From: an uncultured Actinomycetes bacterium
GTDB lineage: Bacteria; Actinomycetota; Thermoleophilia; Gaiellales; Gaiellaceae
NCBI GenBank assembly: GCA_963710125.1
Contig: CAVPZH010000016.1
Span: 72,915-136,914 of the forward strand
Length of the DNA stretch: 64,000 nucleotides
Direction of reading: 5' to 3'
The stretch's first letter is position 1, and the number at the start of each line of letters is the position of its first letter. The notes below the pieces were generated by a model. The model saw only the letters and a list, made by a program, of their open reading frames with translations. It was not told where the DNA came from and ran no database searches. Positions 18,907 through 27,878 of the stretch are shown here, piece by piece. The translations under genes and the position numbers were made by a program.

Positions 18907-20301
18907 GTGAGCTACGCAAGCTTGGAGGAGAAGCTGCAGGCGGTCGGCAGCGCCGTCGAGATGGCACGCAACTCGCAGATCGGCCCGTACGTCTACCCGG
19001 CGGTGCCGAGCGAGTTCTCGAACTGGCGGGACGAGCAGGTCGCCTGGCGCGAGACCGCGGCGTTGTTCGACCAGTCGCACCACATGACCGACCTGTACGT
19101 CGAGGGCCCGGACGTCATCCGGCTGCTCTCCGACCTCGGGGTGAACACCTTCGCGAACTTCGCCGTCGACAAGGCCAAGCAGTTCGTCGCCTGCAACCAC
19201 GACGGGTACGTGATCGGGGACGGGATCCTCTTCTTCCTCTCCGAGAACCGGGTCAGCCTCGTCGGGCGCCCGTCCGCGCACAACTGGGTCCAGTACCACG
19301 CCGAGACGGGCGACTACGACGTGACCGTCGAGCGGGACGAGCGCACCGCCGCGAACCCCACCGGGCGGCGCAAGATCTACCGCTTCCAGGTCCAGGGGCC
19401 GACCGCCATGGACGTCCTCGAGCAGGCGACCGGCGGGACGCTGCCCGAGATCAAGTTCTTCAACATGGGCGAGATCACGATCGCGGGACACGCCGTCCGC
19501 GCGCTGCACCACGGCATGTCCGGGGTTCCGGGGCTCGAGCTCTTCGGGCCGTGGGAGGAGCGGGAAGACGTCCGTGCCGCGATCGTGGACGCAGGCAAGG
19601 ACCACGGCCTCCGCCAGGTCGGCTCCCGCGTGTACGCGACCAACACGCTCGAGTCGGGCTGGATCCCCTGCCCGCTGCCGGCCGTCTTCACGGGCGACGA
19701 GCTGCGTGCCTACAGGGAGTGGCTGCCCGGAGACGGCTACGAGGCGACGGGCTCGCTGGGCGGGAGCTTCTACACGGACGACATCGCGGACTACTACCTG
19801 ACCCCGCACGAGGCCGGCTACGGCCCCTTCGTGAAGTTCGACCACGACTTCGTCGGTCGCGACGCGCTCGAGCAGATGGGTGACGAGCCGTCACGGCGCA
19901 AGGTCACGCTCGCCTGGAACGGCGAGGACGTCGCCCACGCGATGCAGACGCTCTTCGAGCGGGGCGACCCCGTGAAGTACATCGACCTCCCGCTGTCGAA
20001 CTACTCGACGTGGCCGAACGACCGGGTGACGAAGGACGGTGAGCTGGTGGGCGTGTCGACGTTCTCCGGGTACAGCTACAACGAGCGCTCGATGCTCTCC
20101 CTCGCTGTCGTCGACGCGAACGTCGCGGTGGGCACAGAAGTGACGCTCGTGTGGGGCGAGGAGAACGGCGGCTCCTCCAAGCCGGTGGTCGAGCGCCATC
20201 GGCAGGCCGAGATCCGCGCGATCGTCAGCCCGTGCCCGTACTCCGAGGTGGCGCGCACGTCGTATGCCGAGGGGTGGCGGACGAAGGCCGGGGTCGCCTA
20301 G
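18907..20301 (+). CDS. GcvT-fold, tetrahydrofolate-dependent aryl O-demethylase (LigM/DesA-like)
   Basis: 464 aa. Blocks recalled for vanillate/3-O-methylgallate O-demethylases run along the whole length (NSQIGPYVYP, FSNWRDEQVAWRE, LFDQSHHMTDLYV, KFFNMGEITIAG, ESGWIPCPLPAVFTGDELRAYREWLP, GYGPFVKFDHDFVGRDALE, KVTLAWNGEDV, LVWGEENGG). Confidence 0.8.
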   Translation: MSYASLEEKLQAVGSAVEMARNSQIGPYVYPAVPSEFSNWRDEQVAWRETAALFDQSHHMTDLYVEGPDVIRLLSDLGVNTFANFAVDKAKQFVACNHDGYVIGDGILFFLSENRVSLVGRPSAHNWVQYHAETGDYDVTVERDERTAANPTGRRKIYRFQVQGPTAMDVLEQATGGTLPEIKFFNMGEITIAGHAVRALHHGMSGVPGLELFGPWEEREDVRAAIVDAGKDHGLRQVGSRVYATNTLESGWIPCPLPAVFTGDELRAYREWLPGDGYEATGSLGGSFYTDDIADYYLTPHEAGYGPFVKFDHDFVGRDALEQMGDEPSRRKVTLAWNGEDVAHAMQTLFERGDPVKYIDLPLSNYSTWPNDRVTKDGELVGVSTFSGYSYNERSMLSLAVVDANVAVGTEVTLVWGEENGGSSKPVVERHRQAEIRAIVSPCPYSEVARTSYAEGWRTKAGVA

Positions 20302-20319
20302 GACGCGCGCGGACGCACG

Positions 20320-21063
20320 TCACACCAACTCCGCCGCGCTCTCCGCCAGCTCGGAGAGCGCGGCGGCCAGCTCGGCGGGCGCGGACAGATACGGCGCGTG
20401 GCCGGCATCGAGCTCGACGACCCGCGAGCACTGATGCTCCCGGATCATGCGGCGCTGGAGGGCCGGCGGGAGCGACCGGTCGCCCGTCGTGACCACGTAG
20501 GAGCGAGGGATCGTGGCAAGCACCGCCTCGTCCACGTCCACCGGCGTCGCGAACGGGGCCACCGGCTGGGCGCGACGCCGTGAGAGAGCAAACGCGGTGT
20601 CTTCGGGCGTGCATCGGTCGAGGACGGCGGCGGTCGCGGCCTCGTCCGACATCGTCGCGACCGGCGGGTCGCCCGCGACGACGATGTTCGCCTGGATCTG
20701 GTCGTCCCGCCCCTCGGGGAGGCGCGTGAGGTCGAGGAGGCTCTGGCCGTTCGCGGGCATGAACGCGCAGACGAAGATCAGGGACGCGACCCGCTCCGGG
20801 GCGTTCGAGGCGGCCTGCGTGATCACGACGCCGCCCATGCTCACACCGACGAGGACGGCCGGCTCCGGTCGACGCTCCAGCGCCTCGACGACCCGCGCGA
20901 CACACCGTTCGAGCGTGACCTCGGCAACCGGGGATCGGTCCTCGCCCCCGCCCGGCAGGTCGAGCGTCTCGACGGTGTGGCCTGCCGCCTCGAGCGGCCC
21001 GATCAGTCGCTCCCAGCACCAGGAGCCTCCGAAGGCGCCGTGGACGAGCACGAAGCGCGCCAT
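20320..21063 (-). CDS. Alpha/beta-hydrolase (esterase/methylesterase-like)
   Basis: MARFVLVHGAFGGSWCWERL N-terminus and nucleophile elbow GVSMGG. 247 aa. Confidence 0.85.
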   Translation of the reverse strand: MARFVLVHGAFGGSWCWERLIGPLEAAGHTVETLDLPGGGEDRSPVAEVTLERCVARVVEALERRPEPAVLVGVSMGGVVITQAASNAPERVASLIFVCAFMPANGQSLLDLTRLPEGRDDQIQANIVVAGDPPVATMSDEAATAAVLDRCTPEDTAFALSRRRAQPVAPFATPVDVDEAVLATIPRSYVVTTGDRSLPPALQRRMIREHQCSRVVELDAGHAPYLSAPAELAAALSELAESAAELV

Positions 21064-22001
21064 CAGCCGGGCTGCCCCGTGACGAGCACCAGCTTTCCCT
21101 GCGTGCGGCCGGTCTCCCCCACCTCGTGCGCCTCTCCAGCCCGTTCGAGCGGGAAGGCGCGCTGGACGTGCGGCCGCAGCTGCCCGCGTGCGACGAGCGC
21201 GGCCAGCTCCTCCAGCCCGCAGCGGTCGGGCTCGACCAGGATGCCCGTGACCCGCACGCGGTCGCCCGCGAGGTCCCGCAGCCGCGCGACCGAAGCGCCG
21301 GACAGCGTGACGAGCGTGCCGCCGTCGCGGAGGGACGGCAGCGCAGCGACCCCGGCCTCCCCGCCGACCGCGTCCAGCACGACGTCGACGTCCCGGAGCG
21401 CCTCCGAGACGTCCTCGCGCGTGTAGTCCAGCGCCTCGTCCGCGCCGAGGTCGCGCAGGAACGCATGCTTCTCCGCGCGCGCCGTCCCGATCACGTACGC
21501 ACCCCGCGCCTTTCCGATCTGCACCGCGAGGTGCCCGACGCCGCCCGCGGCGGCGAGCACAAGCACACGGTGGCCGGGCTGCACGTCGCAGGTCTCGACG
21601 AGCGCCTGCCAGGCGGTCAGCCCGGCGAGCGGCAGGGCCGCCGCCTCCACGTCGCCGAGCTCGTCCGGAGTCCGTGCGAGCTGGCGCGACGGCGAGGTCA
21701 CGTACTCCGCATACGCCGCTGCCTCACGCGGGAAGCGCGGCATGCCGAACACGCGGTCGCCCGGCGCGAACCGCGTCACGCCGCCGCCGACCCGCTCGAC
21801 CACGCCCGCGACGTCCCAGCCGACCGTGAACGGGGGCTCCCCGAGGAACCCGCCCCTGGCCCGTGTCTTCCAGTCGACCGGGTTGACGCCCGCCGCCGTC
21901 ACGCGCACGAGCACCTCGGTGGGGCCGGGCTCGGGGATCGGCGCGTCGACGAGCTCGAGCACCTGCGGCCCGCCGAGTGCCCGCTGCCGGACGGCGCGCA
22001 T
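21063..22001 (-). CDS. NADPH:quinone-reductase-like zinc-type (MDR) oxidoreductase
   Basis: MRAVRQRALGGPQVLELVDAPIPEPGPTEVLVRVTAAGVNPVDW and AAAGGVGHLAVQ. The stop overlaps the hydrolase start. The start is chosen at the MRAV methionine rather than the longer ORF start. Confidence 0.85.
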   Translation of the reverse strand: MRAVRQRALGGPQVLELVDAPIPEPGPTEVLVRVTAAGVNPVDWKTRARGGFLGEPPFTVGWDVAGVVERVGGGVTRFAPGDRVFGMPRFPREAAAYAEYVTSPSRQLARTPDELGDVEAAALPLAGLTAWQALVETCDVQPGHRVLVLAAAGGVGHLAVQIGKARGAYVIGTARAEKHAFLRDLGADEALDYTREDVSEALRDVDVVLDAVGGEAGVAALPSLRDGGTLVTLSGASVARLRDLAGDRVRVTGILVEPDRCGLEELAALVARGQLRPHVQRAFPLERAGEAHEVGETGRTQGKLVLVTGQPG

Positions 22002-22108
22002 CGTCGTCTCCCGAGGCCCGGCCCCGGAGTCGCCCGCCGAGGGTGTCATCTGCCGTGTCCCACCGAACGACGATGTTGTATACACGGATGATCCCGACGA
22101 GGAGGACC

Positions 22109-23938
22109 ATGGCCGCTCCCAGCCAGACGAGCTCCGCGTTCCCGAGCCCGTACGAGGTCGAGACCCCTCCCGGCTGCGAGGGGTGGCAGGAGATGTACCC
22201 GTACCACACGCTGTTCCACGAGGCGCGGCGCGAGGCCGACGAGAACCGGTTCTGGTTCTGGAACTCGATGCACTTCCCGGTGCCGATGCCCGCCTTCGAC
22301 GTCCACTGCGCCGACAGCCCGTACCAGGCGATCGGCGTCTGGCAGAACCGGGTGTTCGCGGTGCCCCCCGCGATGGGGATCGACTACCGGATCCTGAACG
22401 GCTACGTCTACATCTCCGGCAACCCGGTCACCGACCCGGAGAAGATCGCGGAGCGAGCCGAGTACTTCCAACGGCGCGCCGGGTACTACTACGAGCACTG
22501 GGACGAGCTCTACGCCAGGTTCAAGGAGAAGATGCAGGCGCTGATCGCGGAGATCACGGAGCTCCCCGTTCCCGACCTCCCGGAGTACGAGCCCGACGAG
22601 GTGGCGTTCGAGGACGACCGGAACACCGCCGTGTACGGGGTCCTCGACGCCTACCAGCGGACGCTGCGCTGCGCCGACCTCATGTGGCAGCACCACTTCG
22701 AGTTCCTCCTGCTCGGCTACGGCGCCTACATGACGTTCTCCGAGTTCTGCAAGAGCCAGCTGCCCGACATCCCCGACCAGCACGTCGCGCAGATGATCGC
22801 GGGGATCGACGTGCTGCTCTTCAAACCGAGCGCGGAGCTGCGCAAGCTGGCGAAGCTCGCGATCGACATGGGCGTCGACGGCGCGTTCGTCGAAGGTCGC
22901 TCGCCCGCCGAGATCGACGCGGAGCTCTCCCGGAGCGAGGCCGGGCAGCACTGGCTCGAGGAGCTCGAGCAGGTGAAGGACCCCTGGTTCAACATGGCCA
23001 CCGGAGACGGGCTCTACCACTTCTACCGGAGCTGGTACGACGACCCCAGCATCGCGTACGCCTCTCTCGTCGGGCACGTGCGTGCGCTGCACGACGGCGA
23101 AGAGGTCGAGCGCCCGCTCGACGAGATCGCACGCGAGCGGGACCGCCTGGCTGAGGAGTACGGCAAGCTGATCGACGAGGGAGCGCGGGGGACGTTCGAC
23201 GAGCTGCTCGCCCTTTCGCGGACGGTGTTCCCCTACGTCGAGGAGCACAAGTTCTTCTGCGACTACTGGTTCCTCACCCGCTGGTTCAACAAGCTGCGCG
23301 AGTTCGGGGCCTTGCTCGCCGAGCACGGCTTCCTCGAGGACGGGGAGGACATCTTCCAGCTGGCCCGCCACGAGGTCGCGCAGGCGCTCGACGAGCTCGT
23401 CCTGACGTGGGCCACGGGCGGCATGCCGCTCGGCCCTGCACACTGGCCACCGATCGTCGCGCGGCGCAAGGAGCTGCTCGAACGGCTGGGCGAATGGACG
23501 CCGCCCCCGGCCGTCGGGGCGACGCCCGAGGCGATCACCGACCCCGCCGTGATCATGCTGTGGGGCGTGACGACGCAGCGCGTCCAGGACTGGGCGAGCG
23601 CCGAGCACGGTGGCGGACGGCTCACGGGAGCGGCCGCGTCCCCCGGCGTCGTCGAGGGTGTCGCCCGCGTCGTGATCGACGTCGAGGAGATCGCGCGCGT
23701 CCGCGACGGCGACATCCTCGTCTGCCCGATCACCTCACCGGCGTGGGCGCCGATCTTCTCGAACGTCAGGGCGGTGGTCACCGACATCGGAGGCGTCATG
23801 TCGCATGCGGCGATCGTCTGCCGCGAGTACGGGCTGCCTGCCGTCGTGGGCACGGGGCGCGCGACGGCGGAGATCGCAACGGGGCAGATGATCCGCGTCG
23901 ACGGCTCGAACGGCGTCGTCACCATCCTCGACTCCTAG
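22109..23938 (+). CDS. PEP-utilising-enzyme mobile-domain protein, phenylphosphate-synthase alpha (PpsA)-like
   Basis: The ATG at 22109 is preceded by GAGGAGG. The N-terminal region of about 450 aa (FPSPYEVETPPGCEGWQEMYPYH.., FWFWNSMHFPVPMPAFD) is followed by a swivel phosphohistidine domain (..GAAASPGVVEGVARV.., TDIGGVMSHAAIVCREYGLPAVVG). No PEP/pyruvate TIM-barrel domain follows. Confidence 0.85.
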   Translation: MAAPSQTSSAFPSPYEVETPPGCEGWQEMYPYHTLFHEARREADENRFWFWNSMHFPVPMPAFDVHCADSPYQAIGVWQNRVFAVPPAMGIDYRILNGYVYISGNPVTDPEKIAERAEYFQRRAGYYYEHWDELYARFKEKMQALIAEITELPVPDLPEYEPDEVAFEDDRNTAVYGVLDAYQRTLRCADLMWQHHFEFLLLGYGAYMTFSEFCKSQLPDIPDQHVAQMIAGIDVLLFKPSAELRKLAKLAIDMGVDGAFVEGRSPAEIDAELSRSEAGQHWLEELEQVKDPWFNMATGDGLYHFYRSWYDDPSIAYASLVGHVRALHDGEEVERPLDEIARERDRLAEEYGKLIDEGARGTFDELLALSRTVFPYVEEHKFFCDYWFLTRWFNKLREFGALLAEHGFLEDGEDIFQLARHEVAQALDELVLTWATGGMPLGPAHWPPIVARRKELLERLGEWTPPPAVGATPEAITDPAVIMLWGVTTQRVQDWASAEHGGGRLTGAAASPGVVEGVARVVIDVEEIARVRDGDILVCPITSPAWAPIFSNVRAVVTDIGGVMSHAAIVCREYGLPAVVGTGRATAEIATGQMIRVDGSNGVVTILDS

Positions 23939-23942
23939 AGCA

Positions 23943-25016
23943 GTGTCGGGAGCCCATACCCGGCCGCTCGATGAGCTGCGACGCCCGGACGCGGCGGCGT
24001 TCGGCGGCAAGAGCGCGAACCTCGGAGAGCTCCTCTCGCTCGGCCTCCACGTCCCGACGGGGTTCGCCGTCGCCGCGAGCGCCTTCCGGACGTTCGTCGA
24101 GGGCGCCGGGCTCGACGGGACGATCGCCGCCGCGATGGCACGTGCCGCGAGCGGCGACGTGGACGACGGCGCCGCGGCGTCGAAGGCGATCGGCGAGGCG
24201 ATGCGCTTCGCCCCGTTGCCCGACGACGTCCGGGACGAGCTCGCCGCCCGGCACGACGAGCTCGTCCGGGCCCACGGTGGCGAGCCGCCGCCCGTCGCCG
24301 TCCGGTCGAGCGCGATCGGAGAGGACGGCGAGGAGTCGACGTTCGCCGGTCAGCAGGAGAGCTTCCTCTGGCTGCGCGGGCTCGAGCAGGTCTGCGACGC
24401 GGTGCGAGACTGCTGGGCGAGCCTCTACACCCCGCGCGCGATCGGCTACCGGGCGGCACGCGGTGCGGGCGGCGAGGAGCCGGCGATGGGCGTCACGGTG
24501 CAGGAGATGGTCGACGCGGAGGTCTCGGGCGTGCTGTTCACCTGCAATCCGGTCAGCGGCGACCCGAGCATGGTCGCGATCGACGCGAGCTGGGGGCTCG
24601 GGACTGCGGTCGTCGGCGGCGAGCTCACGCCGGACGCGTACCTCGTCAGCAAGGTCACCGGCGAGGTGGCGCGCCGGACGGTGCACACGAAGCACGTCGA
24701 GTACGTGCCGGCTCCCTCGGGTCGCGGGACGATCCGCAGAGCGGTGCCGGAGGGCCGGCGCGACGAGCCCTGCCTCGACGAGGACGCCCTCGCGGCGCTG
24801 GTGCGCGTCGCGCGCCGCATCGAGGACCACTTCGGCTCGCCCCAGGACGTCGAATGGGCGCTCGCCCGCGAGCGGGCGGCGCCCGACGTGGTGCACGTGC
24901 TCCAGGCGCGGCCCGTGACGACGCTTCCGGAGCGGAAGCCCGCCCTGTCCGGGTCTGCGCTGTCGCTCGTCCTGAGCACCTTCGGCGCCCCGCCCGGGAC
25001 GAGCGATCGCGCCTGA
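23943..25016 (+). CDS. PEP/pyruvate-binding (PPDK_N, ATP-grasp) domain protein, phenylphosphate-synthase beta (PpsB)-like
   Basis: 357 aa with FGGKSANLGELLSLGLHVPTGFAV, VAVRSSAIGEDGEESTFAGQQESFL and a C-terminal ..PQDVEWA.. block. It starts 5 nt after the upstream stop. Confidence 0.85.
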   Translation: MSGAHTRPLDELRRPDAAAFGGKSANLGELLSLGLHVPTGFAVAASAFRTFVEGAGLDGTIAAAMARAASGDVDDGAAASKAIGEAMRFAPLPDDVRDELAARHDELVRAHGGEPPPVAVRSSAIGEDGEESTFAGQQESFLWLRGLEQVCDAVRDCWASLYTPRAIGYRAARGAGGEEPAMGVTVQEMVDAEVSGVLFTCNPVSGDPSMVAIDASWGLGTAVVGGELTPDAYLVSKVTGEVARRTVHTKHVEYVPAPSGRGTIRRAVPEGRRDEPCLDEDALAALVRVARRIEDHFGSPQDVEWALARERAAPDVVHVLQARPVTTLPERKPALSGSALSLVLSTFGAPPGTSDRA

Positions 25017-25023
25017 GGAACCG

Positions 25024-25470
25024 ATGCCGCTGAGCGACGACGACGTCCGCGAGATCCTTCGTCTGATCGACGAGTCCGACGTCGAGGAGCTCCGGGTGGA
25101 GACCGACGGGCTGTCGCTCTACGTCCGGCGGAGCGGCGAGCAGCAGGAGGCCGGCCCGGCGGAGACGGCCCCTCGCGCGGACGCCACCTCGGGGAGCGCG
25201 GCGGCCGCAGCCCGGCCGACCGACGGGCTCCACGAGATCACTGCGCCGATGCTCGGCACCTTCTTCCGGGCCCCGGCACCCGGGGCGACGCCGTTCGTGG
25301 AGGTCGGCGCGCGTGTCGCCGAGGACACGGTCGTGTGCCTGATCGAGGTCATGAAGATGATGAACGCGGTCTCAGCCGGAGTCGTCGGGACGGTGGTCGA
25401 GGTGTGCGCGGTGAACGCCGAGCTCGTCGACCCCGGGGAGCCTCTCTTCCGTGTACGGCCGGAGCCGTGA
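25024..25470 (+). CDS. Biotin carboxyl carrier protein (AccB-type BCCP)
   Basis: 148 aa with an AccB-like N-terminus (DDVREILRLIDESDVEELRVE), an Ala/Pro-rich linker and the biotinyl-lysine motif CLIEVMKMMN. Confidence 0.9.
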   Translation: MPLSDDDVREILRLIDESDVEELRVETDGLSLYVRRSGEQQEAGPAETAPRADATSGSAAAAARPTDGLHEITAPMLGTFFRAPAPGATPFVEVGARVAEDTVVCLIEVMKMMNAVSAGVVGTVVEVCAVNAELVDPGEPLFRVRPEP

Positions 25471-26951
25471 CCGGCCTCGTCGAGATCGTCGACACGACGA
25501 CGCGCGACGGAAACCAGAGCCTCTGGAGCGCGACGGGTCTCACGACGTCCGACATCGTCGCGATCGCGCCGACGCTCGACCGCGTGGGCTTCGCCGCGGT
25601 GGACTTCACCTCGAGCACCCACATGGCGGTCGCGGTCCGCTTCCACCGCGAGGATCCCTGGGAGCGCCTCCGGCTCGTTCGCGCGGCCATGCCGGAGACG
25701 CCGCTCAGCTTCATCACGACGGGCATGCGCTTCATCACCTGGGTCCCGGCGGACGAGGACGTGATCCGGCTCGCGTTCCGGTGCGTGGCGCGCAACGGGA
25801 TCCGCCGCTTCCAGGTCGCCGAGCCCTCCAACGACCCGGCGCGCCTGCGCCGCATCGCCGCGCTGGCGCACAGCGAGGGGGTCGAGCAGGTCGTGATCGC
25901 CCTGACGTACTCGGTGAGCGAGGTGCACACGCACGCGTACTACGCGGAGCGGGCGGCGGCACTCGCCGACTGCGACGACATGGACGGCCTCTACCTCAAG
26001 GATCCCGGCGGCCTGTTGACGCCGGATGCCGTGCGCGAGCTCGCGCCCCACTTCGTGCGGGCGGCGGGCGACCGGCCCGTCGAGCTCCACAGCCACTGCA
26101 CGATCGGGCTGGCCCCCTTCGTGTACGTCGAGGGAGTGCGCGCCGGGTTCGACACCCTCCACACCGCCGTCGCCCCTCTCGCCCGGGGCACCTCGAACCC
26201 CGCCGCCGAGACGACGATCCGCGACCTCGAGGCAGAGGGCTTCTCCCACCGGCTCGACCTCGACGCGCTCGCCGCGACCTCCTCGTACTTCGAGGTGCTC
26301 GCGCAGGAGAAAGGGCTCCCGACCGGCAGCCCGCAGGAGTTCGACGCGACCTACTACCACCACCAGCTCGCGGGGGGCATGGTCTCGACCACGCGCCGAA
26401 TGCTGGAGGAGCTGCGGCGGCCCGAGCTCTTCGACGCCGCGCTCGAGGAGGTCGGCCGGGTCCGCGCCGAGATGGGCTACCCGATCATCGTCACCCCGGT
26501 CTCGCAGCAGGTCGCCACACAGGCGGTCCGCAACGTGATCGACGCCGAGCGCTGGTCGAACGTCTCCGACGAGACGATCCGCTATTTCCTGGGGCACTAC
26601 GGCGAGCCCGCGGCGCCCGTCTCCCCGGACGTCGCCGACCGGGTCCTCTCCCGCGCACGCACCCGTGAGCTGCGCGACCTCGAGCCGCTGCACCTCGAAG
26701 GCGCGCGGGCGCGCTTCGGCGGCGGGATCTCCGACGAGGAGCTCCTCCTGCGCCTGACGATGCCCGAGGAACAGGTCGACGCGATGCTCGCCTCGCCCCG
26801 CGCGGACGGGCGCGCCGCCGCACCGTCCCGGGCAGACCGGGAGCCGCACCCGGTGGTGACCCTGCTGCGCGAGGTCGAGAGCCGCCGGTCGGTGTCGCAC
26901 CTCCGCGTCCAGAAGGGCGACGAGCTCGTGGAGTGGCGCCGTGCGCCTTGA
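25467..26951 (+). CDS. Pyruvate-carboxylase-subunit-B/oxaloacetate-decarboxylase-alpha-type carboxyltransferase (5S-like), without its own biotin domain
   Basis: The GTG overlaps the BCCP stop (GTGA). It has the HMGL-like motif VDTTTRDGNQS, then ..LHSHCTIGLA.. and a PYC_OADA-like C-terminal region. Confidence 0.9.
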   Translation: MTGLVEIVDTTTRDGNQSLWSATGLTTSDIVAIAPTLDRVGFAAVDFTSSTHMAVAVRFHREDPWERLRLVRAAMPETPLSFITTGMRFITWVPADEDVIRLAFRCVARNGIRRFQVAEPSNDPARLRRIAALAHSEGVEQVVIALTYSVSEVHTHAYYAERAAALADCDDMDGLYLKDPGGLLTPDAVRELAPHFVRAAGDRPVELHSHCTIGLAPFVYVEGVRAGFDTLHTAVAPLARGTSNPAAETTIRDLEAEGFSHRLDLDALAATSSYFEVLAQEKGLPTGSPQEFDATYYHHQLAGGMVSTTRRMLEELRRPELFDAALEEVGRVRAEMGYPIIVTPVSQQVATQAVRNVIDAERWSNVSDETIRYFLGHYGEPAAPVSPDVADRVLSRARTRELRDLEPLHLEGARARFGGGISDEELLLRLTMPEEQVDAMLASPRADGRAAAPSRADREPHPVVTLLREVESRRSVSHLRVQKGDELVEWRRAP

Positions 26952-27741
26952 CGACATCCGTGCCGTCGTGCTCGACGTCGACGGGACGCTCGTCCACCGC
27001 TCCGGCGACGAGGTGCACGTGCAGCCCGGCGCCCTGGAGCTCCTGACGGCGATCCGCGGCTCGGGCCGACGACTTGCCCTCTTCACCAACGGCAGCCACA
27101 TCCCGCCGGCCGGGTTCGCCGCGGGGCTGCGCGCCGCGGGACTGAGCGTGGCGGACGAGGAGCTCCTGACGCCTCTCGTCAGCGTCCAGAGCCACCTCCG
27201 CCGGCGACGCCTCGGCGCTGTCATGCTCTTCGGCACGCGGGCGGCGCGGGAGTACCTCGCAGCGGCCGGCGTCTCGGTGGTGGACGACCCGTCCCGGGCC
27301 GAGGCCGTGTTCGTCGCGCACGCAGACGCCGTCGACTTCCCCTCGCTCGAGACGGCGGCGCGCGTGATCCTGGACGGCGCGCCGCTCCTGACCGGTAGCT
27401 ACGCGCCCGCGTACGCGGGCGCAGACGGCCCAATCCTCAGCCGCGGAGCAATGCTGACCGCCGCGCTGGCCAAGGCGACGGGGGCGCGCCCCGTCGTCGT
27501 CGGCAAGCCCTCGCGCGCCGCGCTCCACGCGATCCACGACCGGCTCGGCATTCCGTCGAGCGAGCTCCTGGTGGTCGGGGACGACCTCGACATGGACGTC
27601 GCGCTCGGCAGGCTCGGCGGCTCGCGCGCGGTGCTGGTTCGCAGCGGGATCAGCGGCGGCGTGGAGCTCGACGGGTTGGCGCCGAGGCGCCGCCCCGATG
27701 CGGTCGTGGAGAGCGTGGCCGAGCTGCTCGACTGGCTCTGA
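26941..27741 (+). CDS. HAD-superfamily (IIA-like) hydrolase/phosphatase
   Basis: DVDGTLV nucleophile motif, ..FTNGS.. and VGDDLDMDV motif. It overlaps the carboxyltransferase 3' end by 11 nt. Confidence 0.8.
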   Translation: MRLDDIRAVVLDVDGTLVHRSGDEVHVQPGALELLTAIRGSGRRLALFTNGSHIPPAGFAAGLRAAGLSVADEELLTPLVSVQSHLRRRRLGAVMLFGTRAAREYLAAAGVSVVDDPSRAEAVFVAHADAVDFPSLETAARVILDGAPLLTGSYAPAYAGADGPILSRGAMLTAALAKATGARPVVVGKPSRAALHAIHDRLGIPSSELLVVGDDLDMDVALGRLGGSRAVLVRSGISGGVELDGLAPRRRPDAVVESVAELLDWL

Positions 27742-27878
27742 CGCGTTCCGGCCCGCTCGTGCGCCCTCCGGCGCTGTCCGAACAGGGTGTAAGGGAACCG
27801 TGAGCAGGGGGCTATCCGAGCTGGCGACAGGGTACGCACCGTGGGTCGTATCCGAAGTTGACAAGAGGGGAGTGACCC

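Noticed and set aside
27770-27878. Cobalamin-riboswitch-like string (GTAAGGGAACCGTGAGCAGGGGGCTATCCGAGCTGGCGACAGGG) upstream of the secreted Ig-like protein
   Set aside because: It only loosely resembles the AGGGAA..GGTG..GCCACTG core, the B12 box is not present, and the downstream gene has no link to cobalamin. An Infernal scan would be needed before any call.
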